The notes: generated by a model not told the origin, from the letters alone. 64,000 nt of DNA from a cyanobacterium endosymbiont of Rhopalodia gibba (GCA_045159875.1 CP067995.1:1536001-1600000), one strand, 5' to 3'. Shown: positions 47,605 to 59,884, counted from the stretch's first letter. Translations and numbers: made by a program.

Positions 47605-48390
47605 TTAATAAATAGCTTGTTTAGGTTTCATCAAACCAATAACTCGTAAACCAGAAATAACTCTAATGCCGATAAATGCTCCTATCAAAGAACGGATTAA
47701 GTTTTCTAACGGTATAATAGGAGCTAAAAATAGCCAAGTTTCTTCGGGCCAGTTAAACATATAGTAGGTAATAACAACTTGACCTAGGTGAGATACTCCC
47801 ATGACCATCCAAGTCCCCAAAAACAGCCCAACAGTTACCAAGAAAGGTTTCTGACTATTAATACATTGTGCAATCAAAGAACAGGTGGGCAAAGCAAACA
47901 ATAAAATACCTGACCAGTCAATAAAAGAACCGGCAATAATTGTTGGAAGAGAAACCCCATTAGAAAGAGCATGGTGAGTATATAAAAATAACTCAATTAC
48001 AAAAATAAGGGTCAACACAAAACGCCAACATGTATTTCCCTTTCCTGAAGACATTACACCGGACGTAAAACTAGCTATCACTGCTCCCCAAATAGAAATC
48101 AGAGGGATTCCTGCAGTATGAGGTGCGAGAAACACACCAATAAGAGTCCCCATTCCACTGGTTATCGCTCCAGCTAATGGACCTAGTAACCACCCAACTA
48201 AGGGAAAAATCCCCTGACTCATAGGAAACAACCCTCCCGAACCAATGGTTATGGAAAAAGGAACAAATGCGAGAACTGTAACTACAGTGGACAAGACCAC
48301 AATGTAATTTAAGGGAGTGCCATTGATGGAGGCTACCCCCGAAGTTTTAACTTCTCTTTCTTTGCCTTTAAGAAGTGTTAGGGATGACAT
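47605..48390 (-). CDS. Probable ECF transporter substrate-binding S component
   Basis: Highly hydrophobic, GWLLGPLAG motif, first gene of the S-A/A'-T operon. Confidence 0.75.
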   Translation of the reverse strand: MSSLTLLKGKEREVKTSGVASINGTPLNYIVVLSTVVTVLAFVPFSITIGSGGLFPMSQGIFPLVGWLLGPLAGAITSGMGTLIGVFLAPHTAGIPLISIWGAVIASFTSGVMSSGKGNTCWRFVLTLIFVIELFLYTHHALSNGVSLPTIIAGSFIDWSGILLFALPTCSLIAQCINSQKPFLVTVGLFLGTWMVMGVSHLGQVVITYYMFNWPEETWLFLAPIIPLENLIRSLIGAFIGIRVISGLRVIGLMKPKQAIY

Positions 48391-48984
48391 AGCTGGTTAA
48401 TGTTATAACTTTTTTATTCTAAACTGTCTTTGAGCAGTTCCGGCGAATTCATTAGTTGAGGAGAAAAACATGCCATCAAATAAAAGAGCAATATATAATA
48501 TTTTATGTTTAAAAAAGAGTCCAAAGATGGCATCACTGTAATAATAGTTAATTAACTATCAATCTTCCTAAATGACCTGGATAATTTATTCTAACTATAG
48601 ACTTTAAGAATTTAATCAATTGCAGATATCGCGTTAATAATAATATTGGTAACTTCTGATGATGATCGGTAAAATAGTTTTTTTAATGAGGACAAATAGA
48701 AGATTAAGATTGAATTTTTTTAAACCACTAACTATAGTAACATCAATTATTTTAAGCAACATAAGAAGAAAATAATTAACTTTGTGGATGATCATCACTA
48801 TATTTTCTGTTTTCAATTTTAGACTAACTCGGCTAACGCCTAATAATTTTACTGAGGAAACTATAAACAATTGCTTTAGATAAAGTAAGGTAAATCATTA
48901 TTATGAATGACCAACAAGTTCCTAGTGGAAATCAAATTTTCATCCAAAGCTATAGTAAATATCATCTTCAAAAAAAATTAAGGA

Positions 48985-49026
48985 CAATTCCACAATTACT
49001 AAATTAATTTAGTAATTGTGGAATTG
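48985..49026. repeat. Perfect 42-bp palindrome
   Basis: CAATTCCACAATTACTAAATT|AATTTAGTAATTGTGGAATTG. Confidence 0.93.
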
Positions 49027-49250
49027 AGTACTTGTTTAAAGCTGAGTCTCTTGGAGTTAATTTATTTGTCCTTTATGAATTATCTTAGATATTTCAGTAT
49101 TTACGATTTAGTAATATACAGGTAAGTTTATTTCTCAGCTTATCATTTATCTATAGTTAGGACTTTTTCCGATAAACCACGTCAATAATTACAATATCTA
49201 GTTATTTTTTTAAGTCTTTTTTTGACATTGTTTTGATTGATATTTATTTA

Positions 49251-49284
49251 CTATTTAGGCTAGTCCTGGGACCAGCCTAAATAG
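49251..49284. repeat. Near-perfect 34-bp palindrome
   Basis: CTATTTAGGCT-a-GTCC-tg-GGAC-c-AGCCTAAATAG. Confidence 0.85.
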
Positions 49285-50701
49285 GCAGGTTTTTCAGACA
49301 AACAAGATTTCTCTTATGAGTAAAATATATTCACTGATAATTCTGACTCTCTAAAGCTAAAAATCTTAGATAACTGCTTTATGACCTCAGAAAATACAAC
49401 TTTATCCTTAAATTAGATACTTATCAATCTTCAAAATTAATGCCTACCAATACTACCTTCTCACTACAGGAAAAAGAAAAGTTACTAACTAAATATTAAA
49501 CATGGAGTTAAACAGCAATGTTTCCAGTGATACCATTGTTTCTGTGTTAAATACAATAAGTGATGTAGAAAAAACAGAAAAGATTGTCTGTATTGAGAGT
49601 GCTTCATAAAAATTTTATGGACTGAAATAAATTCGTAAAACTTGTCTCAAATCTTTATCAGTAGTAGTACCATGAAACGGGTTACTTCTTTTGCTAAAGT
49701 TGACATACAAAAAGAAAAATAGAAAATACAATTTTTAGTTCTTTTTTATGGATGTGTATTTAGAAAATTAGCATAGTATAGTTGAATTATTCAGATCTAG
49801 AGAGTTACTTTTCCTATGCTGGTATTCATGATATGACTAACAAGACATTGTTACTTTAGATTAAACAATATGTTTACTGATAATGAATTAGATAATACTT
49901 ATAAAGTCCGTTCCTATTTTTTAGCTGATACTAATTAACTAAAAGCTTGTGTATCAAAAATTATCTTTAATTTTGGCATTTTATATTTTCTATGGGTTTG
50001 AAAGTTCAGTTTTAAATCTCCTAATATTTTAGCGACAAATAATGGTAATGTATTTTGCGCCTATCACCTTTTGCTCTAGAACAATAAAAAGCTTTTATAA
50101 AATATTATATCGTTATGTCGATGCATTTTGAGGATTTAAAGAAGCTATCTTCAATCTAACGAATAGAGATTTGATATAAAAACTTGGTTTGTCTCTCTTG
50201 TTTTTAATTATAGAAGTCTTTAAGTAAAGTACTGCTTTGGAAAGTTATTTTTAGCTCTAATTACTTAGAAATTTATAAAGCAGAATGTAGCGGTTTATGG
50301 CAACAAGCCCATCAATAAATTACACTTTAAAGTATTAATACCTATAACAGAAAAAATTAATTTATATTTTTTAACTGAAAAATATTAAAATTAGTTAATT
50401 GAGCTACAAAAATTATTTTTATACAATTTTTTTAGCTAAATTAACCGACAAATAAACTCTGTATTGAGATAACTTAGACAAATAAATAGCCTTATGTAAA
50501 ATATTAAATTTACTTTTCCATCACTCCCAAGAAAATTATCGATATAGAGAAGATGTTCCAATCTAAACATTTAGTATTATTCCTGTTGGTCATTTATCTT
50601 TTAACCTTAGAGCGGTATAAGATAAAATTGATTTTAATCTCGTTAATTTGGAACAAAATGAGAGAAACTACGTCAACTTCCATTGAGAGGAGGATAGCTT
50701 C

Positions 50702-51751
50702 ATGAGCACCCTATTGCGTGATTTTTGGTATGTCGCTTTACCTGGTAAACAATTAAGACCAGGTGAAATGGTTCATAAGAAAATGCTCGGCGAACCCATT
50801 TTAGTTGGACGGCGTAAAGATGGGGAAGTATTTGCTATGCGTGATATTTGCCCCCATCGAGGAATCCCCTTGCAATATGGATGGATGGAAGGGGACAATG
50901 TATGTTGTCGTTACCATGGTTGGAAGTTTAGCACTCATAATGGGAGTTGTAAGGAAATTCCTTCTTTAACTGAACATGACGATTTAGATATTAGTCGTAT
51001 TCGGGTTCCTACCTATGCTTGCCGAGAAGTTCAAGGAAATATCTGGGTCTATTTTGCGACGGATACTGACAGAGAAACTGATTTAGCTAAAATTCCCCCA
51101 GTTCCTACTATCCCAGATTTTGGTAGGGTCGAACCTGGAATTTCCGAAGTCATCCATTTTACCTGTAATATTGACCACGCTATTATTGGACTAATGGATC
51201 CAGCCCACGGTCCTCACATTCATAGTTCTTGGTGGTGGCGTAGTGGTCCACAAAAATTTCGAGTTAAAGAAAAGCAATATGAACCTGTTACTCAAGGATT
51301 TCGTCTTGTCCCCTATGATATGCCGGTGAGTGCACGCCCTTATAAACTCTTAGGAGATAAGGTTTCTATTGAAATTATCTTTCAATTACCGAGTGTACGA
51401 ACAGAAATTTTAAGAGGTGATCGCTATTCTGCCTGTTTATTAACCACTATTACTCCTATTGATGAAAACGAATGTGAGGCTTTTCAGAGCATTTATTGGA
51501 CTATTCCTTGGATAGGAGTTTTTAAACCTTTATTGGGGTTCTTAACCCGTCAATTTCTGACACAAGATCGTGATGCGGTAATTCAACAAGGAGAAGGGCT
51601 AAGCCACAATCCTGCATTAATGTTGATTGATGATGCAGATACTCAAGCAAAATGGTATTTTCGTCTAAAACAAGAATATCAAAAGTCTAAAGCAGAAAAT
51701 CGACTCTTCAAGAATCCAGTAGAACCGAGAATATTACGCTGGCGTAGTTAA
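50702..51751 (+). CDS. Rieske non-heme iron oxygenase (ring-hydroxylating alpha-subunit family)
   Basis: Rieske CPH...CRYHGW; mononuclear iron site DPAHGPHIH; GAGGAGG RBS upstream. Confidence 0.9.
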   Translation: MSTLLRDFWYVALPGKQLRPGEMVHKKMLGEPILVGRRKDGEVFAMRDICPHRGIPLQYGWMEGDNVCCRYHGWKFSTHNGSCKEIPSLTEHDDLDISRIRVPTYACREVQGNIWVYFATDTDRETDLAKIPPVPTIPDFGRVEPGISEVIHFTCNIDHAIIGLMDPAHGPHIHSSWWWRSGPQKFRVKEKQYEPVTQGFRLVPYDMPVSARPYKLLGDKVSIEIIFQLPSVRTEILRGDRYSACLLTTITPIDENECEAFQSIYWTIPWIGVFKPLLGFLTRQFLTQDRDAVIQQGEGLSHNPALMLIDDADTQAKWYFRLKQEYQKSKAENRLFKNPVEPRILRWRS

Positions 51752-51843
51752 AAAAACGGATGAGGTTTCTAAGATTATCGAATGTACTGAGCATAATAAA
51801 GCAGTCACCAATAATTTCTAGGATTTTTCTTGTAGAATCTTCT

Positions 51844-51887
51844 AATTCCAAGAACTAGATTTTCATAAAGATCTAGTTCTTGGAATT
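51844..51887. repeat. Palindrome, 17-bp arms
   Basis: AATTCCAAGAACTAGAT-n10-ATCTAGTTCTTGGAATT; about 90 bp after the Rieske gene, followed by Ts. Confidence 0.9.
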
Positions 51888-52199
51888 TTGAGAACCTTGT
51901 AAAGCTGAACTTTTAACCTTTTTACATTTAGGTTTCGTTACAGTTGGTATAGAAGAACCATAAAAAAATATATATATCTAAAAAATTACCTTTTAATTTA
52001 AATAGTATTGAAGACTTTTCTATTACATGATGTACTCAATTTAAAAATCGCGATATAGATATAGTCTGTAGATTCATGGCAATTCAAGTCTAGACTGGAG
52101 GAAACTTTTTATCTCAAACCTAAGTAGAAAAATAATTTTTCTTCTAAATTGACAACTTCTAACCCTCTTTGCTTTAAAAACACTTCTAGATAAGAGATA

Positions 52200-53165
52200 T
52201 TCAGCGAATGTAGCAGTCAATGACTGCAGGATTTGAATGTAAAACTACCTAAAAAATTACCTTCTATTTTACGGTAAATTAGGACAGCAATTACTTCCCA
52301 TTGCTTTGAGTTCTCAGTATTCAAGTCCTTGTTTTATTTGATTAGTAACACGATCATTATTGGCTTACTCTCAGCCATAGCTTATACTCTAGATTCTTAG
52401 GTTTTTTAGCCTATTTTTTTGATAACACATAGAACTATATTTTAGGGATTATTTATAGTTAGTCATGATTGTAGTTACGGTTTATTTTTTTACTACAAAT
52501 GGCTTAGCCAGTTTATTGGATACTTTGGCAACACCCTGATCTCAGTACCTTTTCATGGCTAGCATATTAGCCATTGTAATCATCATAGAAATACAGAAAA
52601 TATTGACACCAATCAAAGTTAGCCTCTAATGACAGAAGGCAGATATCTTTTAATGTTTGAATAAAAAAATAGCTCTCTTTAAACCAGTTTTATTTATCTA
52701 TTCGGTCTTTTTAAGCGGTTTACAGTAAAATAAAAAAATTATGGTAATTCTAATATTTTTATATTTATGTGTTTTTTTTCTAAAAATAGGACATAATCAT
52801 AAGTGATATTGACTGAATTAAAGTAATAATTATTATAGTTTTTTTGGCTTATCAATAAAATTTGATACAACTACTTAAATATTATTTCTATTTTTATGTA
52901 TTCTTTGTAAGATAGTTAAATCTGAGTACTTATTTACATCATAAAACTTCCGAGATTACTTGGTATCTCCGATGTAGTTAATCACATCTTTTTGGCTATT
53001 TTTCATTTTTATTTTAAAACTATTGCTGACGCGATTAAACCAATTTCAGAGGACTACTATCAGAAGTTTAATCGCTTAACTATTAAGGGTTTATTCCGTC
53101 ATTATAAAGTTTATTTTGTCGTTTTTTATAGTGGAAGTAAGGTTTATTGTCAACTCAAGAAATTA
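52200..53165 (+). pseudogene. desB: Omega-3 fatty acid desaturase pseudogene
   Basis: FIVSHDCSYG (His box 1), VPFHG*HISHCNHHRNTENIDTNQS (His box 2), TYLHHK..ITWY, DAIKPISEDYY; stops and deletions. Confidence 0.88.
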
Positions 53166-53403
53166 TAAATATTTTTCGAATTGATAACTAAAATTTGAGG
53201 TAATTTTTAGTTTTTATCTGATAAAATAGATTATATAAAAAAAATTATATGTATTTCAAAGTAGAGGTTAGTAATCATTAATTTCTACTCTTAAATATCT
53301 AGATTTTAATTGGATTAAATTGATAAAATTTTAAAAAACTTTTATTTTTTGTACTGGTAGTTCGTTTTCTCGAAAGAATATATAAGATAGGTTAAAAAAC
53401 TTA

Positions 53404-53459
53404 CTCACTTAAGAGTTAAACGGCTTAAATTATTTTAAGCCGTTTAACTCTTAAGTGAG
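53404..53459. repeat. Palindrome, 26-bp arms, 4-nt loop
   Basis: CTCACTTAAGAGTTAAACGGCTTAAA-ttat-TTTAAGCCGTTTAACTCTTAAGTGAG. Confidence 0.95.
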
Positions 53460-54409
53460 GTAGCCTGTAGTATTTATAGATTCCATTCCTAGAGAATTAT
53501 CAAGCATTTTAAGTAATCTATTTATTTTTTATATTTTACTTTTTTTAATTCCTATATTTACTTATTTATTTGAATCTACTCTTAGTAGAGAATGACTCGT
53601 TCTTATCTTAACAGGAGTAACTGAATCAGTTATAAATTATTTTAATGACTGAGGTTTTTAAGTATTTGCTTTTTGGACTAAACTACTCAATATTGTTTTT
53701 ATTGATTGTTTATACGTTCAATATTTTAAACTACATTATTTATGCAATTATTTAAAATTTTTTAATAGTTTTTGCATTGATACATTTTAGTTTATTTATT
53801 TGCCCCAAAAAGCTTAGCTCTTCTATAGATTTTCCTCCACATTGACTATGTCTTATTTGGGAAGAACTAATTTCAAGATAGATAGTTTTATATTCTATAA
53901 GAAAATATTTAATGCTTAACTATCATATAAATAAAATTTTTTAGTATTTTAATCGCAATAAATATAATTTTATATTCGGTATATTTTTTAAATAAATAAA
54001 ATTACTAAATTTTGTATAATTTATCATTTAATAATGGATAATAGTAATTTTTTATAGATTAAATATCTCGTTTATTGAACTAAGTTTTATGTCTTATATT
54101 ATAGTCATAAATAGAGTAAAAATATTAGAAATAGTATAATTTAATTTCAATAAAAAACTACTAAAATATCTCCCATATAATAATTATAGTTCTTTGTAAG
54201 CTTATCTATTGATACTCAAATTTTATCTTGATATTTTTTATTTCTACAGAATAAGTTTAGTAAGACGAAATTTATTAATAAAATTTAGAGAAATTTTGGA
54301 AAAACCTCGGCAATATTCATTGTAGTAACAGTAAAATCTAAGAGACTATTATTACAATGATAACCTAGAAAATTACTATAAAGTCAATTTTTAGTTAAAA
54401 GTCTTCTTC

Positions 54410-54790
54410 TTCCAATCATTATGATATTAAACAAGTATATCTAAAATTTTATCAAGTAAAGCAAAAGTCCAACAACTGAGTTTATCTTGTTCTATAGACT
54501 ATGAAAATAGTTGTTTAAAAGTTTTACAGGAAGGAATCTTTGATAAATATCATAGATTTGATGAGATAATTCTTTATCTTCATAAAGATAAAACTATTAT
54601 TAGTTTTACTTTATAAACAAAAAAATATAGTTATTAGAGTCAAAAAAACTTCATTTAGCTCGTTAGTATTAGTAATAAATCTCTGATAAACTTAGCTACT
54701 ATAACACCAAATTTATTAAAAGCCCAATACAAGGTTTAACTCTAGACCTCAATCGGGTACAACAATGCTTAAAACAGAATATAATCTAGT
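54410..54790 (+). pseudogene. 5' remnant of an ArsM-like methyltransferase
   Basis: YDIKQV..AKVQQLSLSCSIDYENSCLKVLQEGIFDKYHRFD resembles the recalled A..QQPSLCCP..Y...L...P.EI..KDYGCGD; lies upstream of arsS. Confidence 0.55.
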
Positions 54791-55425
54791 AATTCAAACA
54801 ATTAAATAAATCTCAAATATGATATTATCAACTTTAAAAGTTATCTTGTTTTATAATAATACTATTATTGTTTCTAACTTTGTTTTAAATTTAGTCTCTT
54901 TTCAAGAGAGGTGTCAGTTATTTTCTGAACTTTGTCGAGGTTTTAAACTCGGTAAAAAATCTATTTTTTCTGATATTGCCTATAATTAAAATCATACTAT
55001 AAATTATTAATAATCCTAAATTATGGGAGGTGTATTGCTAGAAATTTTTGTAAATATAATTTATTATTTTTTTTAAAATTCAGTAAAATTATATGATATT
55101 TAAATTTTAAAATAAAAAAATATGACAAGTTAGTGATGGGATAGCATTTAGCCATTTAAATATTTGTTTTATTAAAAATAAAGATAAATTTTATTTAAAC
55201 TTTTAGACCTATAAAAGTCAAATTAATGTTAGAATTATTTTTCTAGAACCAATTATTCCTATTTTTACTGGGCAACACAATTATCTCGGTTACACTCATA
55301 CTAACTCAAAGCAGTTGAGAAACAAACTATTATAGTTCTCGAAAACTAAACACAGTCAATTTTATGTTACTAGACAATGTAGAATAATAAAAGCTACTAA
55401 ATTTTATGGAGAAATTAGATTAGAA

Positions 55426-56445
55426 GTGACTATTATAAATTTTTCTAATATAAATTCCTTTGAAAGTAGAATAAAGACCCCTTTGAGTAAGCAAAAAATA
55501 AAAGTTTTACAAATCAATTTAGGTAAAAAATGTAATCTTGCTTGTATTCATTGTCATGTGGAAGCGGGACCAAAACGCACGGAGGAATTATCTCCAGAAG
55601 TTTGTCAGCAATTAATTGACATAATCAACCGTTTTGATCAAATAGAAGCTGTAGATTTAACAGGGGGTGCGCCAGAAATGAATTATGGATTTCGTCCTCT
55701 TGTAGAAACAGCTAGAAATGCGGAAAAACAGGTGATTGTTCGCTCTAATTTGACAATTTACTTTGAACCTGATTTTGAAGATTTACCTGAGTACTGTACT
55801 AAACATCAAGTAAGAATTATTGCTTCTTTTCCCTGTTATTTAGAAAAGAATGTTGACATACAAAGGGGAAAGGGTGTTTATAATAATTCAATTAAAGCTT
55901 TGCAAATTTTAAATAAAAAAGGGTATGGAAATGATCCTAATCTAATCTTAGATTTAGTTTATAACCCACCTATAGCAAGAGATAATAATTTTATTTTGAT
56001 TCCCGAGCAGAATCAATTAGAGAAAGAATATAAATTTTTTTTAAAAACTAAATTTAATATCAATTTTAATAGTCTTTTTACTAGTATTAATATTCCCGTA
56101 GGTAGGACAAAAAAATCTTTGCAAAATCACTATTTATATACTCCTTATCTTAAGTTTTTAGAATCTAATTATAATGAGCTAACAGTGCCTTATTTAATGT
56201 GTAAAAATCAACTCTCAATTGATTATTCTGGTAATGTTTATGATTGTGACTTCAATCAAATGGAGAATATTCATGCAACGAACAAAGATGGGGAAAAACT
56301 GACCATTAATAAACTATTAGCCTTAAGCAATTTAGATATAATTAAAACTATTAAAACTGCCACTTATTGTTATGGATGTACCGCTGGAAATGGTTCGAGT
56401 TGTGAAGGAGCATTAGTCTCAAAAAACAAAAAGATAGTTATTTAA
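55426..56445 (+). CDS. arsS: Radical SAM protein, arsenosugar-biosynthesis ArsS family
   Basis: LQINLGKKCNLACIHCHVEAGPKRTE (CxxxCxxC), DLTGGAPE, YDCDFNQM, CYGCTAGNGSSC. Confidence 0.88.
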   Translation: MTIINFSNINSFESRIKTPLSKQKIKVLQINLGKKCNLACIHCHVEAGPKRTEELSPEVCQQLIDIINRFDQIEAVDLTGGAPEMNYGFRPLVETARNAEKQVIVRSNLTIYFEPDFEDLPEYCTKHQVRIIASFPCYLEKNVDIQRGKGVYNNSIKALQILNKKGYGNDPNLILDLVYNPPIARDNNFILIPEQNQLEKEYKFFLKTKFNINFNSLFTSINIPVGRTKKSLQNHYLYTPYLKFLESNYNELTVPYLMCKNQLSIDYSGNVYDCDFNQMENIHATNKDGEKLTINKLLALSNLDIIKTIKTATYCYGCTAGNGSSCEGALVSKNKKIVI

Positions 56446-57959
56446 TTTTTTCTTGAGGAAAAAGTAAATAAATAGTCTAATCAACTTGGGATATATTGTT
56501 CTTGTTTCTGTTGATAGATTAGCAGTATTTTGTTAACTCTCTCACATATTTTATCCGTTAGTAACTAGTGTTATTGTTAATGCAATTAGAGAATTAATTG
56601 TAGTCTCTATTCCTTCTATTTTAGTGCCTACTATCACTTTTTTTGGTTGGGCATTGTTCAGCTAAAGAACAGGCGAGGAAATTGAAAAATAGGACTAAAT
56701 TTTTAGTAGTAAATGAAGTAATCATTAGAAAAAGTTATATTAAATTATCTATATACTATTTTTTTATTTATCTGTTTAAAACACACTTTTTATAACATTT
56801 AATTTTCTTAAAAGTTATACATTAGCCTATTGAGTAGGAATGATATTAAAAACAATTATGTGTGTTCATATTAGTTCTTTGATTGGCAAAATTACTACCT
56901 TTAGAGCTAAAAACTCAACTAAAATTACTTCAAAAATATAAACTTTATTTAGTAAAACTACTAGCTACAATTGCAAAATAGTTAATATTGTACTGCAATT
57001 AAGTTTTGTCTTAAGCTCTAGAATTTCTAGTTCTGAGTTTACAATTTTATTATTATTGTACGGAAATACTTTTGATTTTAAGTAATGTTATTCTAATTAT
57101 TTTTTCAATTTTTGAACTTATTATAATCCTAGTCGGTTAAGTTTTACTTCACGTATTTTTGGTAACTTTTTAGTCAATCATTGGTGCCTAATTGAGAGCA
57201 TTAGGAACGTTTTAACTGCTCACTATTTATTAATAGATTATTTTTAGAAAAAAATTAGAAAAAGTCAAACTTTAAACAGGTTTTATTAAGCAGTATCAAA
57301 GCAGCCTCTCAGGTTTATGTAGGTTATTTACTTTACTTCTATTTATTCTTTTGATGCAGTCAATTTTATTGCAAAAATAACTACTATTTATTGATTGACT
57401 TACATCCTAGAAACTTCTATTAGTTTTATCAAAAGAATCCCAATTCCTACTTAGTTAGAAAGTACAGGCGGTTAGGTATAGTAGAAAAGTTAGCAGATCA
57501 TTTTTCCTGTTTTTATGGGGGTTTTGGTTATTTTCCGTAGTTTCTCTATTAAAGAGATTTTCCAATAGGTTAATTATAAGATAATTTATAAAAATCTTGA
57601 ATTCAGAGTAAGATTAGCTATTGATGTATAAACTGGGTGGGATCTAATTATAACAAGACATAAGTAATAAAAAGAAATATGATAAATATATTTTGTGTTG
57701 ATAAGTGAATTATATACTGGGAGTGCTGATTATCAGATTAAAAAATATGGATTGAGAATTCTTAAAATATCTCGATAAATATATACTTTAAAAAGTAGAT
57801 AAAAGTTAATGTTAATTAACACCAATGACAAAGTTAAGTGGTGTTTAATGGGATTGTTGCTAACAATTTAATTTAGTCTATGTAAATACGGAGTATTTGG
57901 CGTGAGTAAACGAATAAACAATAGATCAAGCTTATTGAGAATAATCCTAGAATTACAAA

Positions 57960-58405
57960 AAATATCTCTATTTATAGGTATTTTAATATAAATAACGGCT
58001 ATTTTTTACCCATTAAAAATAAAAACTTTTATCTAAACTGATATTGAGCGTTCGTTAGGGATTAGTGCCAATAACTGTGTAAATTGTGAGGCAAACGCTT
58101 TCGATTTTTCTACAGCTGCAAACAGTTTAGATTTTTCTAGATTGAACTTTTTTGAGGTAAGCCTTAATACGGCTGTTCTCATTAGTATCGACTTCACAGG
58201 TGCTAACTTCAGTGGTGCCGACTCAGAGCTAATCTCAGTAATGCAAACTTCGAGAGAACCAATATAGCCAAGACTAACTTTGTCGAAGATAATTTGACCG
58301 GAGCTAATCTTAGTGAATTCGAAACTACCAATATTAACTTGGGAGGAGGAAACGGAAAAGTTTATTTTAGAGGTTCTACGATCACTCAACAACAACTAAA
58401 TAATT
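57960..58405 (+). pseudogene. Pentapeptide repeat protein pseudogene
   Basis: NNCVNC then DFTGANFSGAD, a frameshift, then RANLSNANFERTNIAKTNF..NLTGANLS. Confidence 0.8.
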
Positions 58406-59525
58406 AAGATATAATTCTTAGACAAACTATCTCTGAGCTTCTTTCTATATTAAGAACTATTGCTGGAGTCGACTTTGGTCCTTTTTTAAAGTGTGGTCTT
58501 TCGAAAATAAGCTAATTCCTTAGATAGCTAGATAGTGTATTTATTTACACTCCCCCATGAATCATTATGCCAATCTAAAAGAGATTTTTGTAATTTTCAA
58601 GGATCATCAAGCTTTCAATAATTGAACTAATTGCAGAACTTGTTATAATTTAAATACTTGTATATAAAATATCGGTTAGTATTTAAAATACTTTAGTTGT
58701 AGCTAATTATTGTAAGCTTTGATTTACTGCAATCTTATCTCCTTGGACTAACTCAATTAAATTGTTACCAATTTTAAGTTCTTTAATGACGAATTCAACT
58801 ATCATTTTACAATGATATTCAGTATTACAAATTTTGTATAATATAAAATTACCTAATAGTTATTCAATTATTAAACTCTTTTATTCTAGTTTTAATTTAA
58901 GATAGTTAATCACACAACTCCTGAAGAATTTGATGATTTTTAGCGGTAATTTACTTTTCAAACATAGAAGTTATTCTGAACTAGATTTAATAAATTAGTA
59001 TCAGTAGTCGATAACTTTTATCGCTTTAACTTTTACTATATTTTCTATGTCAAAATAATTTGATAAAATTAACTAGTAAAATACCAATTTAAAAACTCCA
59101 GGCTTATAAATTCATGATATTTCTGAGTTTATAAATTTTTTTAAAATCAACTTTAATTTATGATCAGTCCTGCCTACTCCTTTTTGATTTATTTCTAATT
59201 TAAATTTTATATAATTTGTTTTAAACAAATTAAATTTCATAAGATCTCAAATTATTGTCATTATTTTAATCAAAAGTCCTTCTTTACTATAAAAAAATCT
59301 AGTCAACTATAGTTAGTTTTGGATCTTCTTCTCTAGAAGATGATGTTATCGTACTGTTTTTTACAGGACTGCAAAGGAAAAATTGCAAAAATAAATTTAT
59401 AGCTCTTACTTTGATGAAAGTCTGTTATTAATTTTTAAAAAATTAGTTAAATTAAACAAAGATATCGGGCTAATTATTGAACTTTTAGTTCATTCTAGGC
59501 AACATAGATAACGGCAATTCTATTC

Positions 59526-59566
59526 GTACTATTTACCATTTAAAGTACTATTTACCATTTAAAGTA
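59526..59566. repeat. Perfect 19-bp tandem duplication
   Basis: GTACTATTTACCATTTAAA x2, followed by GTA. Confidence 0.92.
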
Positions 59567-59853
59567 TAATTTAATTATCAAAATATTTAAATAACAAAAG
59601 TATCTTAGCTAAAAAAATTTTAGAAAGCTATCTTAATATAGAATTAGAATAATTACTGTTAATTAACACAAAACAAATAAACAGTAAGCTAAAATAATAA
59701 AAACTTACTAAATAAACATTTTAAAAATAAAATATTTAACAATAAATTTCAAGATATTTTTAAAAATTAAATATTCAATAAATTAAAATTTTTATAATAT
59801 TTTATTAGACATAAAACTGGATTAATTACTTATGAGTATTTAAACTAAAAAAC

Positions 59854-59884
59854 TTTATTAATCTCTAAATTAGAGATTAATAAA
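59854..59884. repeat. Palindrome, 15-bp arms
   Basis: TTTATTAATCTCTAA-a-TTAGAGATTAATAAA. Confidence 0.88.

Noticed and set aside
48391..48560. Riboswitch upstream of the ECF operon
   Set aside because: No TPP, cobalamin or FMN consensus recognised; only an 8-bp inverted repeat ATGCCATC/GATGGCAT (48470-48533). An Rfam/Infernal scan would settle it.
56392..56412. Selenocysteine recoding in ArsS
   Set aside because: The position that is Sec in some homologs is TGT (Cys) at 56401; there is no in-frame TGA.
58033..58395. 120-aa minus-strand ORF
   Set aside because: Antisense to the frameshifted pentapeptide repeat pseudogene.
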